64,000 nucleotides of DNA from Chitinophagales bacterium (lineage in GTDB: Bacteria > Bacteroidota > Bacteroidia > Chitinophagales > JADIYW01). Shown piece after piece: positions 19,881 through 29,374 of the stretch; the first letter of the stretch is position 1, and each line of letters opens with the position of its first letter. The stretch spans positions 1,316,812-1,380,811 of the forward strand of contig JACJXT010000011.1 in the NCBI GenBank assembly GCA_020636535.1. The letters are read 5' to 3'. Both the position numbers and the translations under genes were made by a program. The notes beneath the pieces were generated by a model. It worked only from the letters and a program-made list of their open reading frames with translations, was not told the DNA's origin and ran no database searches.

Positions 19881-19911
19881 TAATTGTTTAATTTTCTAAT
19901 TATTTAATTTA

Positions 19912-20271
19912 TTAATTATTTAATGATTTTTTTGATGTAGCTATAATTTTAGCTGTAATTTTTCTTATTTCTAATAATTTTTCTATTAATTTTGTACAAT
20001 TTGGATAGTTTTCTGAATGTTCACATATCAATAACCAATATTCAGTTTCTTCAATTTCTTTTGCTGCGATTTTCACTTTATGTATAAAATCCTTTTTACT
20101 TTCTGCATTTTGTGCTTCTCTTAAATTTGCACCTATTGATGTGCCAGATTTTAATAATTGATTGGCAATTACATATTTTCTATCTTTCTCTAATAATTCT
20201 ACATAACTTACAATCAGTAAAGCAAATTGAAATGTTTTTTGAATGATAATATTATTTTCTATCCTTTTCAT
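19912..20271 (-). CDS. four-helix-bundle protein (23S rRNA intervening-sequence protein / Avd-like family)
   Basis: 119 aa. QLLKSGTSIGANLREAQNAESKKDFIHKVKIAAKEIEETEYWL matches the family signature (TIGR02436-like). Confidence 0.8.
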   Translation of the reverse strand: MKRIENNIIIQKTFQFALLIVSYVELLEKDRKYVIANQLLKSGTSIGANLREAQNAESKKDFIHKVKIAAKEIEETEYWLLICEHSENYPNCTKLIEKLLEIRKITAKIIATSKKSLNN

Positions 20272-20370
20272 TTTTAATGTAATAATTCAATAATTATTTA
20301 ATTTATTAATGTTTTTTTAAGTATATTGAATTGTTAAATTAATACATTGACTAATTGATACATTATCAAA

Positions 20371-21114
20371 TTAAATCAATTCAAATTCTTCGTAACCTTT
20401 TTCTTCTAATTCTAATGCTAAAGATTTATCACCACTTTTTACAATTTTTCCATCATACATTACATGAACAAAATCAGGAACGATATAATCTAATAATCTT
20501 TGGTAGTGTGTAATTAATAAAAAGGCATTGTTTTCATTACTTAATTTATTTACACCATTGGCAACAATTCGTAGTGCATCAATATCTAAACCTGAATCCG
20601 TTTCATCTAAAATAGCAAATTTAGGTTGTAGCATTGCCATTTGAAAAATTTCATTTCTTTTCTTTTCGCCACCGGAAAATCCAACATTTACAGCACGAGA
20701 AATAAAGTCTTTTTTCATTTCTACCAATTCCATTTTTTCGCGCATCATTTTTAAAAAATCGCTAGGAGACAAAGGCTCTAATCCTTGAGCTTTTCTAGTT
20801 TCGGCAACAGCAGTTTTTAAGAAATTGGCATTAGACACACCTGGAATTTCTATAGGATATTGAAAAGCTAAAAAGATACCTAGTCTAGCTCTTTCTTCTG
20901 GTTCGAGTTCTAGTATATTCTGACCTTCAAACAATACTTCGCCATCGGTAATTTCATAACCATCTTTTCCTGCAATAATATTACCTAAGGTAGATTTTCC
21001 AGTTCCGTTTGGTCCCATTATAGCATGAATTTCGCCTTTGTTTATAGTTAAGTTCAAACCTTTTAAGATTTGTTTGCCTTCAACACTTGCATGTAAATTT
21101 TTAATTTGTATCAT
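20371..21114 (-). CDS. sufC: Fe-S cluster assembly ATPase SufC
   Basis: 247 aa. Walker [10 protein letters not shown], signature FSGGEKKR and Walker [11 protein letters not shown] are present. Confidence 0.95.
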   Translation of the reverse strand: MIQIKNLHASVEGKQILKGLNLTINKGEIHAIMGPNGTGKSTLGNIIAGKDGYEITDGEVLFEGQNILELEPEERARLGIFLAFQYPIEIPGVSNANFLKTAVAETRKAQGLEPLSPSDFLKMMREKMELVEMKKDFISRAVNVGFSGGEKKRNEIFQMAMLQPKFAILDETDSGLDIDALRIVANGVNKLSNENNAFLLITHYQRLLDYIVPDFVHVMYDGKIVKSGDKSLALELEEKGYEEFELI

Positions 21115-21151
21115 ATTTATATATTATATTTTATATTATTTAATTTAATAA

Positions 21152-21571
21152 TTAGCGAATTTCATTTGATGTTAATAATGCTATAAATTCAGTTATATTG
21201 AGGATGTTTAGTACAGGAAATGAACTTTGTTTTAAAGCATTAAAATGTTTATCATTTGTAACTAAAATAGCATTGTTTTGTAAAGCACAATCTACAAACT
21301 TATTATCATCTATATCAGAATTTATTAATTGCCATTTATAATGTATAGTTGAAAATATTGTTGTTGGATTGATTAAAACTGCATTAATAAAAAAATCTGC
21401 TGTTTGAGCATTATATTTTTTTTTTAAGATTTCTTCATACTCTAATAAAATTTCATTAGAAATACATAAACAAAACGCATCATTAAAATAAGATTCAATA
21501 ATAGCATGATAAGCAGATGTACTTGCTAATGAACTTACAATGATATTGGTATCTAAAACTATTTGCAACAT
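21152..21571 (-). CDS. PIN-domain toxin (VapC-like), paralogue 2
   Basis: 139 aa with MLQIVLDTNIIVSS, ISNEILLEYEE, DDNKFVD and LVTNDKHF. It is a paralogue of 16095-16505. Confidence 0.75.
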   Translation of the reverse strand: MLQIVLDTNIIVSSLASTSAYHAIIESYFNDAFCLCISNEILLEYEEILKKKYNAQTADFFINAVLINPTTIFSTIHYKWQLINSDIDDNKFVDCALQNNAILVTNDKHFNALKQSSFPVLNILNITEFIALLTSNEIR

Positions 21572-21783
21572 TACTCTTTATTCAACCAGTTATCGAAATC
21601 AGTTGGCGTATAATTTTTTTCATTAGCAACTTTAGTAGCTTCGTTAACAGCTTTTTTTAAAAAGTATTTAGATAGTAATTGTTTTATTTCCAATAATTCT
21701 TCATCATTTACACCAGAAGCGTACAATTTAAGTAGCTCTAATTGTAAGTTACTTAAGTTTGATTGAATTGTTGAATTACTCAT
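21571..21783 (-). CDS. small putative antitoxin partner of the PIN toxin, paralogue 2
   Basis: 70 aa. Its stop overlaps the PIN start by 1 nt. It is similar to 16506-16712. Confidence 0.5.
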   Translation of the reverse strand: MSNSTIQSNLSNLQLELLKLYASGVNDEELLEIKQLLSKYFLKKAVNEATKVANEKNYTPTDFDNWLNKE

Positions 21784-21838
21784 TTGATACTTTTAAAGTT
21801 AATAATTTTTTCCTTTATCTCATTCACTAATTAAAAAA

Positions 21839-23284
21839 CTACCCAACACTACCTTCTAAACTTATGGCTAATAATTTTCTAGCTTCTACTGCAAACTCCA
21901 TAGGTAAGTTGTCCATTACTTCTTTACAAAAACCATTCACTATCATTTCTACAGCTTGTTCTTCGTCAATGCCTCTCTGCTGAAAATAAAATAAAATATC
22001 TTCACCAATTTTAGAAGTCGTAGCTTCATGTTCTACCTTCGCACTTTTATTGCTTACTTCCAAATAAGGAAATGTATGCGCACCACTCGTATCAGTCATT
22101 AGTAAAGAGTCGCATTGCGAAAAGTTTCTAGCATTTTCAGCTTTTTTATGAATCTTTACCAAGCCTCTGTACGAATTATCACTATATCCAGCAGAAATAC
22201 CTTTAGACACAATTCTACTTTTAGTATTTTTTCCAATGTGTATCATTTTGGTACCAGTATCGGCTTGTTGTTTGTTATTGGTAACAGCCACAGAATAAAA
22301 TTCACCAATACTATTGTCGCCAGCCAAAATACAAGAAGGATATTTCCATGTAATAGCCGAACCCGTTTCTACTTGTGTCCACGATATTTTACTATTGTTG
22401 CCTTTGCAAATGCCTCTTTTAGTAACAAAATTATAAATACCACCTTTACCATTTTTATCGCCAGGATACCAATTTTGTACCGTAGAATATTTTATTTCGG
22501 CATTATCGTGTGCAATTAGTTCTACCACAGCAGCGTGCAACTGATTTTCATCTCGCATTGGTGCTGTACAACCTTCTAAGTACGACACATAACTGCCTTC
22601 GTCTGCAACTAAAAGCGTTCTTTCAAACTGACCACTTCCTGCAGAATTTATTCTAAAGTAAGTCGAAAGTTCCATAGGACAACGAACACCTTTTGGAATG
22701 TAACAAAACGAACCATCAGAAAAAACAGCACTATTTAAAGCAGCATAAAAATTATCGTTTTGAGGAACAACAGAACCAATATATTGTTTCACTAAATCTG
22801 GATGATGTTTAATGGCTTCGCTCATAGAGCAAAATATTATACCTAGTTCTTTTAATTTATCTTGAAAAGTAGTCTTTACCGAAACGGAATCAAAAACCAC
22901 ATCAATCGCTACGCCACTTAATCTTTTTTGTTCATCGAGAGATATGCCTAACTTTTCAAAAGTTTTTAATAACTCAGGATCTACTTCATCTAAACTACTC
23001 AATTCTTTCTTTGGTTTAGGAGCAGAGTAATAGATTATTTCTTGAAAATCAACTTCAGGAAAATCGACTTTAGCCCAGTGTGGTGCTTTCATCTTTTGCC
23101 ATGTCTTAAAAGCTTTTAGTCGCCAATTTAACATCCATTCTGGTTCTTCCTTTTTGGCAGAAATAAACCGAATAATGTCTTCATTGATACCTTTAGGAGC
23201 TTGTTCTTGTTCTATTTCGGTTACAAAACCATATTTATATTCGGAAGAAGTAATCTCGTCTAATATTTCATCTTGTGTACTCAT
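21839..23284 (-). CDS. sufB: Fe-S cluster assembly scaffold SufB
   Basis: 481 aa. The highly conserved SufB blocks [34 protein letters not shown] and [15 protein letters not shown] are present. Confidence 0.95.
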   Translation of the reverse strand: MSTQDEILDEITSSEYKYGFVTEIEQEQAPKGINEDIIRFISAKKEEPEWMLNWRLKAFKTWQKMKAPHWAKVDFPEVDFQEIIYYSAPKPKKELSSLDEVDPELLKTFEKLGISLDEQKRLSGVAIDVVFDSVSVKTTFQDKLKELGIIFCSMSEAIKHHPDLVKQYIGSVVPQNDNFYAALNSAVFSDGSFCYIPKGVRCPMELSTYFRINSAGSGQFERTLLVADEGSYVSYLEGCTAPMRDENQLHAAVVELIAHDNAEIKYSTVQNWYPGDKNGKGGIYNFVTKRGICKGNNSKISWTQVETGSAITWKYPSCILAGDNSIGEFYSVAVTNNKQQADTGTKMIHIGKNTKSRIVSKGISAGYSDNSYRGLVKIHKKAENARNFSQCDSLLMTDTSGAHTFPYLEVSNKSAKVEHEATTSKIGEDILFYFQQRGIDEEQAVEMIVNGFCKEVMDNLPMEFAVEARKLLAISLEGSVG

Positions 23285-23469
23285 AACTTATTTAAACTGA
23301 TTCTAAATAGACTGCAATATTACCCAATTTTTGGTAAAAAAGCAACCTTTTATATGTGATGATTATGTAAAAGGTAGTTTTTATAATAGTGTTTATTTAG
23401 AGCTAAATTTTAGGTAACAGCCACCAAGATAGCTGATGTTTTAATAAAACTAAGTGATGATAATACAAA

Positions 23470-23891
23470 GTAAAACCACTTTAAAGTTAAGCCAAGCTGC
23501 TAAAAAACTAAGCCAGTTAATTAAAAATGTAAACCGAGTCACTTCAAATCCAAACCAAGTTAGGATAAAACCTAAGCTGACTTATGTTTTAAGTAGGTAG
23601 GTGTACTTAAAACACTAATCAAGTTAAGGTAAAAAGTAAACCAAGTTTAGTTAAAACATTAAGCCAATTTATGTTTGAGGTGGTATATACCACTTGTATA
23701 AGTAGGTAAGTCTACTTAAAACCCAAACCAAGTTAGGGTAAAAGGTAAACTGAGTTAATGTTTTAAGTGGGGTGGAGTACTCAAAATCTAAGTGAAACTG
23801 ACAAAATGGGTGGCTACCCCCCCTTCCGAAGTGGGGGTGGGTACTTCTGAAGTGGAGTAAATTGTTAATTTTATGCCAAAATGGCAGTTTT
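23470..23891 (+). repeat. R3 modular repeat region A (candidate long structured ncRNA)
   Basis: Reiterated modules ...ACTTAAAA(C)CCAAACCAAGTTAGGRTAAAA...AAGCTGRCTTATGTTTTAAGTGG.... The conserved 3' module is AAACTGACAAAATGGGTGGCTACCCCC-hairpin-GTACTTCTGAAGTGGAGTAA, then TGCCA-AAA-TGGCA plus TTTT. No ORF of 60 aa or more is listed for 23285-24102. Confidence 0.8.
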
Positions 23892-24102
23892 AGTGTGTTT
23901 TGTTTTAGTAAGGAAGAATGACGAAGCTATCTCTCTTTACCAACAGCGTAGCAATTTAACCTTTTTGTTATTAATAAAGAGATATTTTGTTCGTATCTCA
24001 CCCAATATAAATGGAGATAAAAATATATTTTTCATTTTTAGTATAGTAAAATAATATAGATTAAAAATATTTATTACCTTGTTGAGGAATTAATTAATAT
24101 TT

Positions 24103-27100
24103 ATGAAACAGCTATTGAGTTTTTTATTGGTATTTATAATTGTTGGTACTGCCAACGCTCAAACCAATGAGATTATAAAAATAAATTGGGATAAAACTAT
24201 TGGTGGTAATAGAAATGAAGGTGGTCTTACGAGTAAGACATTTATATTGTTGTTTGATAGCAGAGTTTATATGGGAGGAACTTCAAATTCTTTAGCAAAT
24301 TCTATTAAATCAGAAAGTAGTACTAATGATGATTATTGGGCATATAAATTAGAACCTAATAGTGGTAATATAATATGGGAAAATACTATAAAAGGAAATA
24401 ATTCAGATAAACTTACAAGTATTAATAGTTATGCTTTTGGTACAGCATTAGGTGGAATATCAAATTCTACGATAGGAAATGATAAAACAGAAAACTCAAG
24501 AGGTGGTAATGATTATTGGATTGTAGGTGTAGATGCAGATGGTGTTTTTAATTGGGATAAAACTTTTGGTACAAATCAAGATGATTCATTAGTAACAATA
24601 ATACAATCAGCTTCTAATACTTCAATGTTACGAGCCAACCTAATAGCTGCTGGAAATACTACAGCTGGTATCTCTGGTGATAAAACTATTGCTAATAAAG
24701 GAGGAGCAGATGTTTGGTTAGTAGAGTTTGAAACTCAAAGAAGAATTTTTCCTTCTGGTTGGAACTTAACAAAAATAAGAGATATTTCTATAGGCAGTAT
24801 AGGAAATGATTATCTAAAATCTATGCTAAAAACTGATGATAAAGGATATTTATTAGGAATACAAAGTAATTCTATTTTTGGTGATAGATTTACAGATTTT
24901 TATGGTGGTTATGATTATTGGTTAGTAAAACTAGATTCTAATCTTAATATAGAATGGCAAAAAAGCTATGGTGGCTCAAGTGATGATTATATCAATCAGA
25001 TTTTAGATTTAGACAATGGCAACTTTTTATTAGTAGGAACTTCTTTTTCTGGCTTTTCTGGTAATAAAACAAATGGTCATTTTGGAAATGGCGATACTTG
25101 GGTAATTAAAATTAATAGTACTGGCAATATTTTATGGCAAAGAACACTAGGTTCTACAGCTACAGAAAGCGAAGCAACAAGTATAAGAATTTATAATAAT
25201 GATGAAAGAAAAAATTATTATATAATAGCATCAACTGCTACAAGTACTGTTTCTGGCAATAAAACAGTAAGTGGTTATGGTGCTAAAGATATTTGGATTG
25301 TAAAATTAAATGAAACTGGTGAAATTGTTAGTCAAGGTATGTTAGGTGGAGAACAAGACGAATATAGCCCAACGCTTAGCAAAGGCGATTTAAGTGCGAT
25401 TGGAGAACAAGATATAATTTTAGCTTGTGTTTCCAACTCAAATGCAAGTGGCTTAAAAACAGAAAATAATTATGGTGGTGGTGCTGTAAATAATGAAACA
25501 GATTTTTGGACAGTTAATTTTAATTTTGAAAAAACAAATCCAACAGCTCCTTTAACTGGTAAAGTATATAACGATTTTGCTAATGATTGTAATTATGTTT
25601 TTGGATTAGATCAACCAATTAGTGGATTTTTAGTAAGAGATAATACATCAGGTAATTACTGTGTTACTAATCAAAATGGAGAATATCAATTGCCAGTAGA
25701 TTCTGGTAGTCACGAAATTGAACTATTAATTCCTCATCAATTTGAAAATATTTATACAACATACAATTGTCCAACAAATGGAAAATTAAGTATTAATATA
25801 AATAATATTGATAATATTCCTGTTAATAATAATTTTTTTATTGATAATAAAAGATGTGTCATATTAAACATAGATATATCGTCTGATAGAAGAAGAAGAT
25901 GCTTAAAAAGTCTTACAGTTGTTAATTATTCTAATATAGGTAATGAAAATGCAAACAATGTTAAAGTTTATGTGCAGATGCCAGAATTTGTAAGAATATT
26001 AGCAGCTAATAAACCATATACTCAAATTAATGAAAATACATACGAATTCTTAATCGACAATATTGCTTATGGACAATCAGGAATAATTAGAATAGTAGAT
26101 GAAACACTATGCGAAAGTGGTATTGCTGGTCTTACACAATGTACCAAAGCTTGGATTACACCTAAAAATGAATGCTTTAATAATTTAGATACTGCAGTTA
26201 CTAGTTGGGATAAAAGCTCGATAGCAGTAAGTGGAAGTTGTACTTCCTACAGAGTACAGTTTGTTATTAAAAACAACGGAGAAGATATGCAAGATTCTTC
26301 CGAATATAGAATCTATCAAAATAGCCAATTAGGTCGTACTGCTAATTTTAAATTACTAGCAGGTGATAGTATTATTATTAATCTTCAAAACAATGGAGCA
26401 ACTTATAGAATAGAAGCAGATCAATCGTATGGTCATCCAGGAAATTCTCATCCAACATATACTGTAGAAGCTTGTGCATTACCAGCTAATCGTGGTTACT
26501 ACAACGATCTACCACAAGACGATGAAGATTATGAAGTAGCTGAAGAGTGTTTGCCAATTATAGACAGCTACGATCCAAATGACAAACAAGTGCAACCAAA
26601 AGGAAGTGGAGAAAATGGTCAGTTGTACAGAAATTCAACTTTACATTATACCATTCGTTTTCAAAACACAGGAACAGATACAGCATACAAAGTAGTAGTG
26701 ATTGATACACTCGATGCCAATTTAGATATTACTACGCTCATGTTTGGAGCATCATCACATACTTACGATTTTGAGTTTGTAGGAAACACCAATTATATCG
26801 TTTTAAAATTTACATTTAATGATATCAACTTGCCAGATTCTACGACCAATGAGTTGGCAAGTAATGGTTTTTTAAGTTTTAGTATCAAACCACACGATAC
26901 CATTTCAAATGGAATTACCATTCAAAACAATGCAGATATTTATTTTGATTTTAATGATCCAATTAAAACCAATACCACTTCAAATTTAATGGACGATAGA
27001 TTTCCTACAACGAATAATTTATTGATTATAACAGCAATTAATAATGATAAAAATTCAGAGTTAGTACAAGTATATCCAAATCCATTTAGTAATGAAGTTA

Positions 27101-27297
27101 CATTCTCGTTTAAACAAAATTCGCAAGCATATCAAATACAAATTATATCAATTGATGGAAAAGCTATAAAAGAAGAAATAATTAATTCAAATATAGTTTC
27201 CTTTGGTATAAATAATATTGCCAATGGAATGTACTATTACAAAATACTAGACAAAAAAGGAAATATCATTAATAACGGGAAATTAGTAAAACAGTAA
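24103..27297 (+). CDS. large secreted protein with a T9SS C-terminal sorting domain
   Basis: 1064 aa with a signal peptide. The N-terminal half has reiterated GG.(D/N)DYW.VK.D..G...W blades, which look propeller-like. The C-terminus VQVYPNPFSNEVTFSF...ANGMYYYKILDKKGN fits the type-A T9SS sorting-domain pattern. Confidence 0.8.
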   Translation: MKQLLSFLLVFIIVGTANAQTNEIIKINWDKTIGGNRNEGGLTSKTFILLFDSRVYMGGTSNSLANSIKSESSTNDDYWAYKLEPNSGNIIWENTIKGNNSDKLTSINSYAFGTALGGISNSTIGNDKTENSRGGNDYWIVGVDADGVFNWDKTFGTNQDDSLVTIIQSASNTSMLRANLIAAGNTTAGISGDKTIANKGGADVWLVEFETQRRIFPSGWNLTKIRDISIGSIGNDYLKSMLKTDDKGYLLGIQSNSIFGDRFTDFYGGYDYWLVKLDSNLNIEWQKSYGGSSDDYINQILDLDNGNFLLVGTSFSGFSGNKTNGHFGNGDTWVIKINSTGNILWQRTLGSTATESEATSIRIYNNDERKNYYIIASTATSTVSGNKTVSGYGAKDIWIVKLNETGEIVSQGMLGGEQDEYSPTLSKGDLSAIGEQDIILACVSNSNASGLKTENNYGGGAVNNETDFWTVNFNFEKTNPTAPLTGKVYNDFANDCNYVFGLDQPISGFLVRDNTSGNYCVTNQNGEYQLPVDSGSHEIELLIPHQFENIYTTYNCPTNGKLSININNIDNIPVNNNFFIDNKRCVILNIDISSDRRRRCLKSLTVVNYSNIGNENANNVKVYVQMPEFVRILAANKPYTQINENTYEFLIDNIAYGQSGIIRIVDETLCESGIAGLTQCTKAWITPKNECFNNLDTAVTSWDKSSIAVSGSCTSYRVQFVIKNNGEDMQDSSEYRIYQNSQLGRTANFKLLAGDSIIINLQNNGATYRIEADQSYGHPGNSHPTYTVEACALPANRGYYNDLPQDDEDYEVAEECLPIIDSYDPNDKQVQPKGSGENGQLYRNSTLHYTIRFQNTGTDTAYKVVVIDTLDANLDITTLMFGASSHTYDFEFVGNTNYIVLKFTFNDINLPDSTTNELASNGFLSFSIKPHDTISNGITIQNNADIYFDFNDPIKTNTTSNLMDDRFPTTNNLLIITAINNDKNSELVQVYPNPFSNEVTFSFKQNSQAYQIQIISIDGKAIKEEIINSNIVSFGINNIANGMYYYKILDKKGNIINNGKLVKQ

Positions 27298-27315
27298 AAT
27301 TGGCAATGTATTAAA

Positions 27316-27467
27316 CCCAAATTACGCATTAGGAAAAATAGGTTTTCATTTTGTTTATTTAGGTTGCGTAGCTACGCAACTATTTATTGCTTAAAAGCTA
27401 GAACTAATAAAGTTAAAATACTTCAGTTTGAGTAACCATGTGTGCAACTCATAGTATAAAAAATACT
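27316..27467. repeat. R2 MITE-like repeat, truncated copy (left terminal repeat only)
   Basis: CCCAAATTACGCATTAGGAAAAATAGGTTTTC...AAAGCTAGAACTAATAAAGTT...GTAACCATGTGTGCAACTCAT aligns with 35753-35930. The right-end CCTAATGCGTATTTGGG is missing. Confidence 0.75.
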
Positions 27468-27512
27468 TTGTAATATATTATTTGTTTAAAGTTAATAACA
27501 TATAATAGTCAT

Positions 27513-28700
27513 TTATTCAAATGCATTTTCTGCTGTTAAATCCATACCAGTTATCAGTAAATGTACTTCGTGCGTACCTTCGTAAGTAATTACACTTTCT
27601 AAGTTCATAGCATGACGCATAAACGGAAAATTTCCAGTTATGCCCATAGCACCACAAATTTGTCTGCAAGTTCTAGCAATATCTAACGCCATGGCTACAT
27701 TATTGCGTTTTGCCATTGAAATTTGTTGTGGACTCACCTTCTTTTCGTTAAAAAGTTGTCCTACTCTAAATGACAGCAATTGTGCTTGGGTAATGCTAGT
27801 TAATGATTCGGCTAATTTCTTTTGTGTCAACTGAAAAGCGGCTAATGGTTTATTAAACTGTTTTCTGTCTTTGCTATAACACAAAGCATGATGCAGACAA
27901 TCAGAAGCAGCTCCAATAGCTCCCCAAGAAATTCCATATCTAGCAGAAGACAGGCAAGACAATGGTGCTTTCAGTCCTTTTGCCAATGGTAAAATATTTT
28001 CTTCTGGAATAATCACCTCATCAAAAATCATTTCGCCAGTAATAGAAGTTCTTAAACTCCATTTATTATGAATTTCTGGTGTAGTAAAACCTTTCATTGC
28101 TCGTTCTACAATACAACCAACAACTTTATTCTCTTCATTTTTTGCCCAAACAATCGCTAAATCGCAAATCGGACTATTAGTAATCCACATTTTAGCTCCA
28201 TTTAAAATATATTGATTGCCTTTTTTAATGAGTGTACATTCCATACTTGCAGGATCACTACCATGATTAGGTTCTGTTAATCCAAAACTACCAATTAACT
28301 CACCTTTTGCCAATTTGGGTAAATATTTCATCTTTTGTGCTTCACTTCCATATAAATAGATAGGATACATTACCAAAGAACTTTGTACGCTAGCACAAGA
28401 ACGAATGCCAGAATCACCTCGTTCTAACTCTTGCATGGCTAAACCATAGCTTATATAATCTAAACCACTTCCACCATATTGTTGTGGAATAGTAATGCCT
28501 AAAACACCAACTTCACCTAATTGTTGCATGAGTGATTTTGGAAAAACAGCACTCTGTGCAATAGCTTCAATAGTTGGTAATATATTTTGATTTACAAAAG
28601 TTCTGACAGTATCTCTAATTAACAGTTGTTCTGTAGTTAATAAATCGTCTAATAACAAGTAATCAAATCCTTTGTAACTATTTTGATAAGCATTTTGCAT
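27513..28700 (-). CDS. gcdH: acyl-CoA dehydrogenase, glutaryl-CoA dehydrogenase-like
   Basis: 395 aa ACAD fold with GLTEPNHGSDP and TYEGTHEVH blocks. Size and N-terminus resemble GCDH. Confidence 0.75.
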   Translation of the reverse strand: MQNAYQNSYKGFDYLLLDDLLTTEQLLIRDTVRTFVNQNILPTIEAIAQSAVFPKSLMQQLGEVGVLGITIPQQYGGSGLDYISYGLAMQELERGDSGIRSCASVQSSLVMYPIYLYGSEAQKMKYLPKLAKGELIGSFGLTEPNHGSDPASMECTLIKKGNQYILNGAKMWITNSPICDLAIVWAKNEENKVVGCIVERAMKGFTTPEIHNKWSLRTSITGEMIFDEVIIPEENILPLAKGLKAPLSCLSSARYGISWGAIGAASDCLHHALCYSKDRKQFNKPLAAFQLTQKKLAESLTSITQAQLLSFRVGQLFNEKKVSPQQISMAKRNNVAMALDIARTCRQICGAMGITGNFPFMRHAMNLESVITYEGTHEVHLLITGMDLTAENAFE

Positions 28701-28727
28701 AATAATGATATATTTGTTTTACAAGTT

Positions 28728-29081
28728 ATGGAAAATAATTTTACAATAGGATTGAATGGCATGCAATTTTACGCCTATCATGGATATTATGAAGAAGAAC
28801 GGAAAATTGGTGGCTGGTACGAGGTAGATGTTACAGTTGTTGTACAACAACAGAATACAATTAATGATAAGCTAGAAAACACGATTAATTACGAGCAGAT
28901 TTATACTATTGTAGAACAAGCGATGCAAGAATCTGCTTTATTAATAGAAACAGTGGCATCAAAAATTAAAGATGCTATTAAAGCATTAGGCGTACAACAA
29001 ATTAAAGTTACTGTTAAGAAAAAGAATCCACCATTATCAGGAAATGTTGGGCATGCATTTTGTACAATAGAAGATAAATAA
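28728..29081 (+). CDS. folB: dihydroneopterin aldolase
   Basis: Start moved to the ATG at 28728 (MENNFTIGLNGMQFYAYHGYYEEERKIG...), giving 117 aa, the typical FolB size and N-terminal motif. Confidence 0.85.
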   Translation: MENNFTIGLNGMQFYAYHGYYEEERKIGGWYEVDVTVVVQQQNTINDKLENTINYEQIYTIVEQAMQESALLIETVASKIKDAIKALGVQQIKVTVKKKNPPLSGNVGHAFCTIEDK

Positions 29082-29086
29082 AAAAT

Positions 29087-29116
29087 TTTGTAGAATAGAA
29101 AATTTAATTAATTTTG
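29087..29116 (+). promoter_or_regulatory. Bacteroidetes-type promoter for tRNA-Cys (-33 TTTG, -7 TAATTTTG)
   Basis: TTTG at 29087-29090 and TAATTTTG (TAnnTTTG consensus) at 29109-29116, 18 nt apart. The -7 box ends 17 nt before the first tRNA base. Confidence 0.5.
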
Positions 29117-29133
29117 CAGTCCAATTATAAACT

Positions 29134-29204
29134 GGTCGGTTGGCCGAGAGGCTAGGCAAGGCTCTGCAAAAGCTTCCACGGCGGTTCGAATCCGCCACCG
29201 ACCT
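29134..29204 (+). tRNA. tRNA-Cys (anticodon GCA)
   Basis: Hand-folded cloverleaf. Acceptor GGTCGGT/ACCGACC. Anticodon stem AGGCT/AGCTT with loop CTGCAAA (GCA at 29166-29168). 4-nt variable loop. T arm GGCGG-TTCGAAT-CCGCC. Discriminator T. 71 nt, with no encoded CCA. Confidence 0.93.
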
Positions 29205-29211
29205 CAAAAAT

Positions 29212-29256
29212 AAAACGCAAGTAGTTATAATGAACTAGCTTGCGTTTTTTATTTTT
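29212..29256 (+). terminator. intrinsic terminator after tRNA-Cys
   Basis: AAAACGCAAG-N17-CTTGCGTTTT followed by TTATTTTT. Confidence 0.7.
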
Positions 29257-29374
29257 AGAGATATTGCCCACCAGTTAGCCCACGAATTGAAAAAATCGAT
29301 ACATCAAAATATACTTTGTTTTGCTTGAATAGATTTATATTGTTAGCTTTATAGTAGTTGCTCAAAAATATATT

